DNA of 64,000 bases, taken from Candidatus Nealsonbacteria bacterium. GTDB taxonomy: Bacteria; Patescibacteriota; Minisyncoccia; Minisyncoccales; RBG-13-42-11. The position numbers were made by a program, and so were the translations under genes. The stretch covers positions 212 through 64,211 of the forward strand of contig JAPLXK010000014.1 in NCBI GenBank assembly GCA_026396095.1, in the 5' to 3' direction. This document shows, piece by piece, positions 53,536 through 62,113 of this stretch. The first letter of the stretch is position 1. Every line of letters starts with the position of its first letter. Under the pieces are notes generated by a model. That model saw only the letters and a program-made list of their open reading frames with translations. It was not told where the DNA came from and made no database searches.

Positions 53536-54666
53536 ATGAATTGGTTTTCTAAACCATTTTTTAGTAATTTTAAGGGGTCTCAGAGAGATCCTTTCATGCG
53601 TTTGGCCTTACTTTTAACAATTTTGATCGTTCCAGTAGCTTTTAAACCAGGCATGATGCCTAAGCCCATTATTGAAAAAGGGCTTTTTTGTTTGGAAATA
53701 GCTTCAAAAGCGCTGGGAGGAACAGATCAGAGCAAGGTTTGCCTTGAAAAACAGCAAAAAACCCTTTCAGAAGTGTTCTTGGACCCTTTAAAAAGAGCTC
53801 TGCCCGAATCGCCGGAGCTTATTTTAGTTGGAGAAGGCAGTATAAGGGCATCTTCTCCTCCGACAACTTTTTCTTACCAGGTCCTGGGAGCTTTAGTTGG
53901 CGGGCTTGAAATAGAAGAAGACAAAAAGGCGATAATTGAATACATTGTTGAAGACGGAGAAACCCTTTCTTCTATTGCAACTAGGTTTAATATCTCCTTA
54001 AATACAGTTCTTTTGGCTAATAATTTGACCAAGAGCACCCAGATAAAGCCGGGAGTCAGCCTTATCATCCTTCCCGTAACAGGAATCATTTACCATGTTA
54101 AAAGCGGAGACACAATTTCAGTGATCGCAGAGAAATACAAAGGAAAGACTGATGAGATAGTTGCCATAAACAGCCTTCCTGAAGAAGGAGACATATATAC
54201 AGGAGACATTCTTATCATCCCGAACGGCGTAATACCCGCTGCTCCAGTTTACGTCGCTTCTCAGAGCATTCCCGTGGCCAGCAGTTATTTTATTTGCCCG
54301 GTTGTTTCTCCTTGCAGAAAAACTCAAGGCCTCCATTGGTATAATGCGGTAGACTTTTCTCACGGCCAGTGCGGTGAATTGATTTACGCTGCCGCCGCTG
54401 GAACGGTATTGAATGTTAAGCTTACCAATTCTACGTCTAGAGGGGCGTTCGGGGGGGCGGGAAACACCATAACCATCTTGCATCCTAACGGAGTCGTGAC
54501 AAGCTACGGCCACATTGCAGTGAGCTTGGTTACTCCAGGGCAATCTGTTTCCCAGGGACAGCCGATCGCTTTAATGGGCGGGAAGCCCGGAACAGCAGGC
54601 GCCGGACTGTCAACCGGCTGCCACGTGCACTTCGGAGTTTCCGGAGCCGTGAATCCATTCAGATAA
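53536..54666 (+). CDS. LysM-domain M23 peptidoglycan endopeptidase
   Basis: Two LysM repeats (VEDGETLSSIATRFNISLNTVLLANNL and VKSGDTISVIAEKYKGKTDEIVAINSL). M23 motifs HWYNAVDF, HPNGVVTSYGH and GCHVHFG. Confidence 0.85.
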   Translation: MNWFSKPFFSNFKGSQRDPFMRLALLLTILIVPVAFKPGMMPKPIIEKGLFCLEIASKALGGTDQSKVCLEKQQKTLSEVFLDPLKRALPESPELILVGEGSIRASSPPTTFSYQVLGALVGGLEIEEDKKAIIEYIVEDGETLSSIATRFNISLNTVLLANNLTKSTQIKPGVSLIILPVTGIIYHVKSGDTISVIAEKYKGKTDEIVAINSLPEEGDIYTGDILIIPNGVIPAAPVYVASQSIPVASSYFICPVVSPCRKTQGLHWYNAVDFSHGQCGELIYAAAAGTVLNVKLTNSTSRGAFGGAGNTITILHPNGVVTSYGHIAVSLVTPGQSVSQGQPIALMGGKPGTAGAGLSTGCHVHFGVSGAVNPFR

Positions 54667-54695
54667 GAATAATATTTTTTTATTGTTTTTCATAT

Positions 54696-54730
54696 AAAAA
54701 ATCGACCCATAGGGTCGAATTTTATTTTTA
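54696..54730. terminator. Bidirectional rho-independent terminator
   Basis: AAAAAATCGACCCATAGGGTCGAATTTTATTTTT lies between convergent genes. Confidence 0.65.
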
Positions 54731-54754
54731 AAAATATTAATGCCTAAACCGTCT

Positions 54755-55123
54755 TTACTTGCAACCATTGCAGGTTTTGGCTTCTGGAAAAGCCCTTAAT
54801 CTTTCTTCGCTCATCTCCTTTTTGCATTTTTCGCACTTGCCGTAAACGCCTTTTTTAATTTTTTCCAAAGCTAAGTTGATATTTTTGAGCTTTAGTTCCA
54901 AGCTGTGCTCGATAGGCAAAAGGGTGCTGTATTCTTCCACCTCGTCAGCTGCTTTTTCCATGTCCCCGCTGCCCGATTCTCCGCCGCTAAAATTGGGGAA
55001 AATAGTGTCCCAATCTCCCCTTAGCTTATCGTCCTTTTTGGCGAATGTATTCAATTCTTTTTCAATGCTTTTTCCTTCTTTTTCCAGAGTTTCTTTTAAT
55101 TCTTCTATTAATTTTTTATTCAT
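54755..55123 (-). CDS. DksA/TraR-family C4 zinc-finger protein
   Basis: C-terminal CEKCKKEMSEERLRAFPEAKTCNGC (CxxC-N17-CxxC) after a coiled-coil region. Confidence 0.75.
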   Translation of the reverse strand: MNKKLIEELKETLEKEGKSIEKELNTFAKKDDKLRGDWDTIFPNFSGGESGSGDMEKAADEVEEYSTLLPIEHSLELKLKNINLALEKIKKGVYGKCEKCKKEMSEERLRAFPEAKTCNGCK

Positions 55124-55179
55124 TTTAATTTTAATGGCAGGAATGAAAACTGTGGCAAGAACTCAATCAAGACAATTGT

Positions 55180-56835
55180 TCATTCCGAAAGCGCATCGAT
55201 TACTCTCATCATGCTTTCCCCGGAACAAGTCCAGAGAAAGTAATTGTTAAAAGTCGACCAGCAAATGCCGAAATTATTATATGTGGGGAAAGAAATGTAT
55301 CGGAAAACGGCTCCCCTGTAAGTAGTTCGGGTAAAATAAGGATTGTCCGCTGTTTTGTCCTTGCCCAGAGATGCGAAGAGATTTTCAAAGTCTTTTTCCA
55401 TTGTCGGCTCCCAGTAATTAAGAATATTGGTCAGGTTTTCTTGTTCATTTTCTTTTATTCTTGCGATAAATCCAAAGCGGCCGGAATTATTATCGGAATG
55501 AACAAATAAAGTGAAGCCGTTGTTGAGTTTTTCCAGCAGTCCGGCCGGAGGGGATATTTTGAAAGCAGCCAAAAAATCATTTAATTCAAAGACTTTTTTT
55601 TCTCCGGTGTTTTCTATCAATATCCTGGCAAAGCTGCCGGTTTCCAGATTTTTTTCTAAAAATTGAGGCAACAGCAAGGCGGCGTCTTCTGAGCTTGAGG
55701 CTTCTATGGTTATGGTTGTTTGCACATCAATCAGAGAAGGGGGAATGATCATTGTTTCCGTTTCAATCTGGGGCTGTTCTTTTTCCGTGGGTGAAATTGT
55801 CAGATACCAGTATAAAAATCCTGCGAAAATTTCTAAAACAATAATAATGGCAACTATTGCAAATCTGATCAAAACTTTTTTGAGGGAAGATAAAAATTGG
55901 GGACCTTCTGGTTTAAAGGAAGAAATTTTTTGAAAAATTTCTGGAGTCTGAACTGGTGCCTCCTCCTTTTCTTCCATTATTTCTTCCAGCTCTTTCGTTC
56001 TTTCTATTTCCCTTACTTTTCCCGTTTCCCTCTCTCTTTCTATCTCTTGAGCCTCTCTTACTTCGGCTGCCAGCTCCATTTCCCTTAATTTTTTTGTTTC
56101 TTCTATTAATTTTGCTTCCTCTGCCCTTCTTGCCTCTGTAATTGCCTCCGCGTCCTCAGTCATTTTTATTTCTTCTGCCCTTCTTGCCTCTTCAATCTTT
56201 TTCACCTCCTCGGCCCTCTTTATCTCTGTAGCCCTTTCTTCTTCTCTCGCCCTTCTCATCTCTTCTATCTTTCTCGCTGCTTCGGCTCTTCTTGCCTCCT
56301 CCGTCTTTTTTAATTCTTCAACCTTTCTTATTTCTTCCATCCTCCGCGCCTCCTGGGTTCTTCTTGCCTCCTCCGCTTTTTTTATTTCTGCTAATCTTTC
56401 TGCCTCTCTTGCTTTTCTCATCTCTTCAGCCCTTTTTGTTTCCTCGATTCTTCTCTTTTCCTCCATCCTTCTTGCCTCTTCAGCCCTTCTTATCTCCTCA
56501 ATTCTCCTCATCTCTTCCGTTTTTTCTGCCTCTCTTGCTTTTCTTTCTTGCTCTTTCCTTAATTCATCTTCTTTTTGTAGAACGGAAGAATATCCTTCTT
56601 GCCCCTTTCCAACCTTAAGAGAGATCATCCTCTCTTTTTCTTTTTGGGCCTCTGCTTCCCTTATCAAGGAGATGTCTTTTTTCATCGTCCTGATTTCCTC
56701 CCGGCTGAGAAGCCCTTTTTTTTCATCTCGAGAGTCGTCCACAGGAAAACCTTCCGCTTGCGGAGTTTCCGTTTCAAGCTCTTTTTTTTTCTGTCCCTGT
56801 TGTTTTTTTAATTCTTCGCTTTGTGTCTCCTCCAT
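55180..56835 (-). CDS. Bitopic membrane protein with a ~200-aa Glu/Arg/Lys repeat (ER/K single-helix-like) N-terminal region and a globular C-terminal ectodomain
   Basis: Residues ~90-290 iterate AEEARRxEE(I/M)(R/K)K-type units. One TM helix (VLIRFAIVAIIIVLEIFAGFLYWYL). A 210-aa C-domain of unknown family. Confidence 0.6.
   Translation of the reverse strand: MEETQSEELKKQQGQKKKELETETPQAEGFPVDDSRDEKKGLLSREEIRTMKKDISLIREAEAQKEKERMISLKVGKGQEGYSSVLQKEDELRKEQERKAREAEKTEEMRRIEEIRRAEEARRMEEKRRIEETKRAEEMRKAREAERLAEIKKAEEARRTQEARRMEEIRKVEELKKTEEARRAEAARKIEEMRRAREEERATEIKRAEEVKKIEEARRAEEIKMTEDAEAITEARRAEEAKLIEETKKLREMELAAEVREAQEIERERETGKVREIERTKELEEIMEEKEEAPVQTPEIFQKISSFKPEGPQFLSSLKKVLIRFAIVAIIIVLEIFAGFLYWYLTISPTEKEQPQIETETMIIPPSLIDVQTTITIEASSSEDAALLLPQFLEKNLETGSFARILIENTGEKKVFELNDFLAAFKISPPAGLLEKLNNGFTLFVHSDNNSGRFGFIARIKENEQENLTNILNYWEPTMEKDFENLFASLGKDKTADNPYFTRTTYRGAVFRYISFPTYNNFGICWSTFNNYFLWTCSGESMMRVIDALSE
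55965..56570 (-). repeat. Degenerate in-frame tandem coding repeats (ER/K region)
   Basis: The plus strand repeats cttcttgcctc(c/t)tc... at irregular ~33-70 nt spacing. They encode the EEARR-type units. Confidence 0.6.
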
Positions 56836-56841
56836 AATAAT

Positions 56842-58998
56842 TTAAAAGATTTTTTTATCCTTCGCCTCTTTTAAGGATAAATTTATCCGTCCCTGCTCGT
56901 CAATAGAAATTACTTTTACCGGGATAATATCTCCGATTTTAACTATATCCTCCACCTTGGCCACCCTATAGGGAGCCAGCTCGGAAATATGGACCAGTCC
57001 GTCCTGACCCGGCAGGATTTCAACAAAAGCACCAAAGTTTAAAATTCTTGAAACTTTTCCCTGGAAATATTCTCCCACCTTAACCTCCCTGGTGATGTTT
57101 TTAATCCAGGAAGAGGCTTTTTCTCCCGCCTCAGCTTTTTCAGCAGTGATAAAAATCTTTCCGCTGTCTTCAATATCAATGGAAACCCCGCAATCTCCGA
57201 TTATTTCATTAATAACTTTGCCTCCCGGGCCGATAACTTCCCTAATTTTGGCAGGATTAATCTGCAGGATTATGATCCTTGGCGCAAAAGGAGAAAGCTC
57301 TTTTTTAGGCTCGGAAATAGTCTTTGACATTTCCTCCAATATTTTAAGGCGGATATTTTTTCCGGCGGCTAAGGTTTCTTTTAGAATTTCTTCTCCTATT
57401 CCGTCGGTTTTTACATCCATCTGGATTGCTGTTATTCCTTTTTCAGTGCCGGCTATCTTAAAGTCCATGTCTCCGTGATGGTCTTCCGGCCCCTGGATAT
57501 CGCTTAAAATTTTGCAAGTTCCTTTATAGTCATGTATCAGGCCTATGGCAATCCCGGCAGCCGGTCTTTTGATGGGCACTCCGGCATCCATCAGCGCCAA
57601 GCTGGAACTGGAAACAGAGGCCATGGAGGTTGATCCGTTGGAAGAAAGTATTTCCGTTACAATTCTGATGGTATATGGAAAATCATCAAAAACAGGCACT
57701 AAAGGCATCAGAGCTCTTTCAGCCAGCATTCCATGGCCTATTTCCCGCCTGCCGGGACCTCTCATGGGTTTTATCTCCCCCGAGCAGTAGGGAGGGAAGT
57801 TGTAGTGGTGCATAAAGCGTTTTTTCCCCGTAATCTCCATTCCTTCCAAGATTCTTACGTCTCCGGGCGAGCCCAAGGTTAAAATGGAAAGAGCCCTAGT
57901 CTTTCCTCTGGAAAAAATTCCCGAACCGTGAGTTCTGGGAAGGAGACCTACTTGCGCACTGATTTTTCTTATTTCGTCAATCTTTCTGCCGTCAGGCCTT
58001 CTTTCGCTTTTAAGAATATTTTCATGTATCAGATCGTCAACCTTGTTCTCAAAAAATTCTTTGGTATAGCCGACCTTTTTGTCTGTCGGCTCAGGATATA
58101 TTTTCTTTATCAAATCAACGAGAGAGTCTTTTAAAATATCCAGCTCGTCTACCCCTCTTCCCTGGTTGTTGTGGAAAAGAGCTTTTTCCAGCTTATCGGC
58201 CAGAAATCCGTTGATTTCATTTTCCAGTTTAGAGTCTTTTACCGGAGGCTCGATAACGGTTTTTTCTTTTCCGACTTTTTCAGCGATTTCTTTTTGGAAA
58301 TCAATAAGTTTTTTTAAATACGGCTTGGCGAAATCAACCGCCTCTAAAATTGCTTCATTTTCAATCTCGTCTCCTTCTCCCTCTATCATATTGATTAAAA
58401 TATCGTCATCAGGCTTGTTGCCCAAAAACTTGGCCAAAGGAGAAGATATGGCGGCCAGAGATATTTCCAGCTCTTTTTTTTCTCTTTCAGCATAGGTAGG
58501 ATTAAGAATGAGCTTTCCGTCTTTCTTCTCAACTCTTAGACAAGAAATAGGTCCTGACCAGGGAATATTGGAAAGAGAAAGAGCAAGTGATGCTGCAATT
58601 AGTCCCACTATGTCCGGGTCGTTATCTCCGTCCCAGGAAAGGCAGGTAACGACTATCTGGACTTCTCTTTTCAAGCCCTTTGGAAATCTGGGCCTGATCG
58701 CCCGGTCAATGAATCTGGCGGTTAAAATAGCTTCGTCCGAAGGACGGCTTTCCCTTCTTACATATCTTGATCCCAGAATTTTTCCGGCAGCGTAAAACCT
58801 TTCTTCGTATTCAACCGTTAAAGGAAAAAAATCTATTCCTTCTCTGGCGGAATCAGACATTACGGCCGTGGCTAAAACCATGGTATCTCCGTATTGGACG
58901 AGAACATTACCCGAAGACTGCTCTGCTAAATTGCTTAATATTACCCTTAGCTCTTTCCCTCCGATTTCTATTTTAAAAACAGAGTTTTCGCTAGTCAT
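56842..58998 (-). CDS. pnp: Polyribonucleotide nucleotidyltransferase (PNPase)
   Basis: 718 aa with two RNase PH domains, KH (IGPGGKVINEI) and S1 (VGEYFQGKVSRILNFGAFVEI). Confidence 0.95.
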   Translation of the reverse strand: MTSENSVFKIEIGGKELRVILSNLAEQSSGNVLVQYGDTMVLATAVMSDSAREGIDFFPLTVEYEERFYAAGKILGSRYVRRESRPSDEAILTARFIDRAIRPRFPKGLKREVQIVVTCLSWDGDNDPDIVGLIAASLALSLSNIPWSGPISCLRVEKKDGKLILNPTYAEREKKELEISLAAISSPLAKFLGNKPDDDILINMIEGEGDEIENEAILEAVDFAKPYLKKLIDFQKEIAEKVGKEKTVIEPPVKDSKLENEINGFLADKLEKALFHNNQGRGVDELDILKDSLVDLIKKIYPEPTDKKVGYTKEFFENKVDDLIHENILKSERRPDGRKIDEIRKISAQVGLLPRTHGSGIFSRGKTRALSILTLGSPGDVRILEGMEITGKKRFMHHYNFPPYCSGEIKPMRGPGRREIGHGMLAERALMPLVPVFDDFPYTIRIVTEILSSNGSTSMASVSSSSLALMDAGVPIKRPAAGIAIGLIHDYKGTCKILSDIQGPEDHHGDMDFKIAGTEKGITAIQMDVKTDGIGEEILKETLAAGKNIRLKILEEMSKTISEPKKELSPFAPRIIILQINPAKIREVIGPGGKVINEIIGDCGVSIDIEDSGKIFITAEKAEAGEKASSWIKNITREVKVGEYFQGKVSRILNFGAFVEILPGQDGLVHISELAPYRVAKVEDIVKIGDIIPVKVISIDEQGRINLSLKEAKDKKIF

Positions 58999-59014
58999 TT
59001 TAATAATATCCTTT

Positions 59015-59551
59015 TTATTTGTTTAAAAATTTTGTTTTTTGGTTTTTGCTTGAAATTAAATATTTATCTGGCTCCTGGCCCAGATCTATAAACTCATCAG
59101 CCTCTTCTTTCAGCCTTGAAGAGGATGATTTGGCAAATGCGATAACCTCAACTCTTTTGCCTTGGTTTTTCAGATATTCAATCAATTGGAGAAAATCGCC
59201 GTCTCCGGAACCGAGGATAATGACATCAACGCTGGGAGCGATTCTTATTGCGTCAACGGTAATTCCGACGTCCCAATCAGCCTTTTTCATGCCGCCGTAA
59301 AACTCCTGGAGATCCCTGACTCTTGTTTCAATGCCCAGCTTGCTGATAGCCTCAAAAAAAGGCTTTTCTTCGCCCGTTTTCGTTCTTACAACATAGGCAA
59401 AAGCCCTTATTAAAACCCTTTCGCCAACCGCTGATTTCAAGACTTCGCGGAAATTAACCTTGGCCCTGTAAATATTTTTAGCCGAATGGTAAAGGTTTTG
59501 AACATCGATTAAAACTGCTACTCGCTGAGCGGGATGTTTAACGATTGACAT
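59015..59551 (-). CDS. NYN-domain (LabA-like) protein
   Basis: VAVLIDVQNLYHSAK, DWDVGITVDA, and ILGSGDGDF. Confidence 0.8.
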   Translation of the reverse strand: MSIVKHPAQRVAVLIDVQNLYHSAKNIYRAKVNFREVLKSAVGERVLIRAFAYVVRTKTGEEKPFFEAISKLGIETRVRDLQEFYGGMKKADWDVGITVDAIRIAPSVDVIILGSGDGDFLQLIEYLKNQGKRVEVIAFAKSSSSRLKEEADEFIDLGQEPDKYLISSKNQKTKFLNK

Positions 59552-59575
59552 AATATTAATAAATTTTAAAGGATA

Positions 59576-59842
59576 TTATTTTTTAAGCCCGATTTTTTCT
59601 AAAATGATGTTGTATCTTTTGGTTCCCTCTTTTTTCAGATAAGCCAAAAGAGTCCTTCTTTTAGAAACCATCTTCAATAGCCCCTTTTTTGAATGCACGT
59701 CCTTGGGATGCTTTTTCAAATGCAAAAGCAGCTGCTTTATTTCTTCGCTCAGAATCGCAACCTGAACTTCAGGGGATCCGGTATCCAGATCATGCAGTTT
59801 GTATTTTTTTATTATTTTGCCTTTTTCTTCTGTTGATAGCAT
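59576..59842 (-). CDS. rpsO: 30S ribosomal protein S15
   Basis: [52 protein letters not shown]. Confidence 0.9.
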   Translation of the reverse strand: MLSTEEKGKIIKKYKLHDLDTGSPEVQVAILSEEIKQLLLHLKKHPKDVHSKKGLLKMVSKRRTLLAYLKKEGTKRYNIILEKIGLKK

Positions 59843-59886
59843 ATTTTTTTGATAACTTTTAATTTATATATTTTTCAATCGTAATG

Positions 59887-59959
59887 TGCGCCCAGCAGGA
59901 ATCGAACCTGCAACCTTGGGCTTAAGAGGCCCCTGCTCTGCCGATTGAGCTATGGGCGC
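59887..59959 (-). tRNA. tRNA-Lys (anticodon CTT)
   Basis: Acceptor GCGCCCA/TGGGCGC, anticodon loop CTCTTAA, T-arm GCAGG-TTCGATT-CCTGC. No encoded CCA. Confidence 0.9.
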
Positions 59960-60348
59960 GGAGTCCACGTTGATACGTTGATATATGTGAAGAATAAGTT
60001 TACAAGCAGCCAGGCGGTAAAAACAATGAATAATCCTATTAGCACCGCCCTAATAATGTCTTTCGCTTTTTGTATCGATCCGGGATTTCCTCCGGAAAAA
60101 ATGAAATAAACTCCGGCCAGAACGATTCCTGCCACAGCAATGGGCGGAACAATGCAGAGCAAAAGAAACTGAATCAGGTTGTTAAAAAGAACAAAAAGAT
60201 GGCAGAATTTGCAAGCAGATTGAGGCGTTGTTCCGTCCATTCCGCCGCAAGGAACAATCGGTCCTCCGCAGGTCGTTGCAGCTAAAACAGAATTGGCTGA
60301 AAATAAAAAAAATAAGGCGACGAACAGTACCGGCAGTAATTTTTTCAT
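59950..60348 (-). CDS. Free-standing VirB2/TrbC-like pilin candidate
   Basis: Start placed at Met34 of the track ORF (MKKLLPVLFVALFFLFSANSVLA signal peptide). A Cys-containing loop is followed by two TM helices joined by FSGGNPGSIQKAKD. The last 10 nt overlap the 5' end of tRNA-Lys. Confidence 0.55.
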   Translation of the reverse strand: MKKLLPVLFVALFFLFSANSVLAATTCGGPIVPCGGMDGTTPQSACKFCHLFVLFNNLIQFLLLCIVPPIAVAGIVLAGVYFIFSGGNPGSIQKAKDIIRAVLIGLFIVFTAWLLVNLFFTYINVSTWTPRP

Positions 60349-60384
60349 TTTATTTTTAAAAATAAACCTGTTTTTCATATACTG

Positions 60385-60456
60385 TGCCCTCGCCAGGACT
60401 CGAACCCGGACTTCAGCGTCCGAAGCGCCGCGTGATATCCATTTCACTACGAGGGC
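60385..60456 (-). tRNA. tRNA-Arg (anticodon TCG)
   Basis: Acceptor GCCCTCG/CGAGGGC, anticodon arm CGGCG-CTTCGGA-CGCTG, T-arm CCGGG-TTCGAGT-CCTGG. No encoded CCA. Confidence 0.9.
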
Positions 60457-60534
60457 GAGGGTAATTTAGATATAATAACAAATTAATTGAAAAAAACAAG
60501 TTTTTAAGATAGGATTAAGCAAAAGATAAAATCA

Positions 60535-62013
60535 ATGACCATTCCAAAAGAAGTAAAAGCAGTTATTGAAAAATTGGAGAAAAAAGGTTTTGAAGCCTAT
60601 GCCGTGGGCGGTTGCGTCCGCGATTTTCTCTTAGAAAAAGAGCCGGAAGACTGGGATATAGCCACCAGCGCCAAGCCCGAAGAAATTCAAAAAATATTTC
60701 CTGAAAATTTTTACGAAAACAGGTTTTTTACCGTGACAGTCAGGACGGGAAGCAAAAAACCCAAACTGGGAGAGATCGAAATCACCACCTATCGCCTGGA
60801 GGCTCAATATACCGACAAGCGCCATCCTGACGAAATAAAATTCGCCAAGTCCATAGAGGAAGATTTAGCCAGAAGGGATTTTACGATAAACGCCATAGCG
60901 CTGAAAGCGGAAAAATTGAAATCAAAAATTAATTTTATTGATCCCTTCGGCGGCCAAGCAGATTTAAAAAATAAAATTATCAGAGCAGTGGGAAGCCCCG
61001 ACGACAGATTCAACGAAGATGCCCTGAGAATGGTCAGGGCAGTAAGATTTGCGGCAACCCTAAGCGCCGCGGGAGAAGATTGGGGAATAGAAGAAAAAAC
61101 AAAGCAGGCAATTAAAAAAAATTCTTCGGGGTTAAGGATTATTTCCCAAGAAAGAATAAGGGATGAATTTATGAAGATCATCATGTCAGACAAATCAGCT
61201 CAAGGAATAGAGCTGTTAAGGGATCTTGATCTGATGCAATATATTATTCCCGAGCTTGAAGAGGGCTGCGGCGTAAGCCAGAACAAGCATCACATATATG
61301 AATGCTATGATCACAACGTCCGTTCCCTGGAGTTCGCCGCCAAAAAGAAATTTAATAAATACGTAAGAATAGCCGCCCTTCTCCATGATATAGGCAAGCC
61401 GAGGTCTAAAAACGGCGAAGGACCGGACGCCACTTTTTACAATCACGAGATGATCGGAGCCAAAATGGCGGACAGAATTTTAAACCGTTTGAAGTTTCCC
61501 AAAAAAGAAATTGAAAAAATAGTGAAGCTGGTCAGATATCATCTTTTTTACTATAACGTTGGTGAGGTTTCAGAAAGCTCGGTAAGGCGCTTAGTTTCCC
61601 AGGCCGGCACGGAAAACATGGAAGAGTTATTGCAGGTAAGAATGTCTGACAGAATAGGCTCGGGAGTTCCCAAAGCAGAGCCCTATAAATTAAGGCATTT
61701 AAAGTATATTATCGAGAAGGTGTCTTTGGATCCTATTTCGGTTAAGATGATGAAGATTTCAGGGAATGAAGTAATGAAGATTTTAAACATTCAGCCGGGG
61801 CCGAAAGTGGGACAGGTTTTGGACATTCTACTTGGCCAGGTTTTATCCGATCCGGAAAAGAATAAAAAAGAATACCTGGAAAAAGAAATTAAAAAACTGG
61901 GAGAGCTTTCCGAAAAAGAATTGATTTCTCTTTCGGAAAAAGGCAGGAAAGAAAGAGAAAAGCTAGAAATAAAAAGAGACGAAATGACCAAGAATAAATA
62001 TTGGGTCACCTAG
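60535..62013 (+). CDS. cca: CCA-adding tRNA nucleotidyltransferase with HD domain
   Basis: YAVGGCVRDFLL, RRDFTINA, EDALRMVRAVRFA, and HD region LLHDIGKP. Confidence 0.85.
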   Translation: MTIPKEVKAVIEKLEKKGFEAYAVGGCVRDFLLEKEPEDWDIATSAKPEEIQKIFPENFYENRFFTVTVRTGSKKPKLGEIEITTYRLEAQYTDKRHPDEIKFAKSIEEDLARRDFTINAIALKAEKLKSKINFIDPFGGQADLKNKIIRAVGSPDDRFNEDALRMVRAVRFAATLSAAGEDWGIEEKTKQAIKKNSSGLRIISQERIRDEFMKIIMSDKSAQGIELLRDLDLMQYIIPELEEGCGVSQNKHHIYECYDHNVRSLEFAAKKKFNKYVRIAALLHDIGKPRSKNGEGPDATFYNHEMIGAKMADRILNRLKFPKKEIEKIVKLVRYHLFYYNVGEVSESSVRRLVSQAGTENMEELLQVRMSDRIGSGVPKAEPYKLRHLKYIIEKVSLDPISVKMMKISGNEVMKILNIQPGPKVGQVLDILLGQVLSDPEKNKKEYLEKEIKKLGELSEKELISLSEKGRKEREKLEIKRDEMTKNKYWVT

Positions 62014-62033
62014 TCTTCTAAATTTTTAACCTA

Positions 62034-62104
62034 CGGGGTGTAGTATAACGGCAGTATACAGGCTTCGGGAGTCTGTGGCCTGGGTTCAATTCCCAGCACC
62101 CCGA
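62034..62104 (+). tRNA. tRNA-Pro (anticodon CGG)
   Basis: Acceptor CGGGGTG/CACCCCG, anticodon arm CAGGC-TTCGGGA-GTCTG, T-arm CTGGG-TTCAATT-CCCAG. No encoded CCA. Confidence 0.85.
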
Positions 62105-62113
62105 CTGAATAAA

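Noticed and set aside
55956-56618. Plus-strand ORFs rich in Pro/Leu/Phe (55956..56141, 56292..56618) and CRISPR-like periodicity
   Set aside because: These are mirror-frame artefacts of the GAA/AGA-rich ER/K coding repeat on the minus strand. The repeats are degenerate, in frame and have no unique spacers, so this is not a CRISPR array.
60349-60447. N-terminal extension of the pilin-like ORF (GTG start at 60447)
   Set aside because: The extension lies inside tRNA-Arg(TCG) at 60385..60456. The signal-peptide-like sequence begins at Met34.
62075-62113. N-terminal extension of the HAD ORF (GTG start at 62075)
   Set aside because: It lies inside tRNA-Pro. The HAD motif I follows directly after the internal ATG at 62114.
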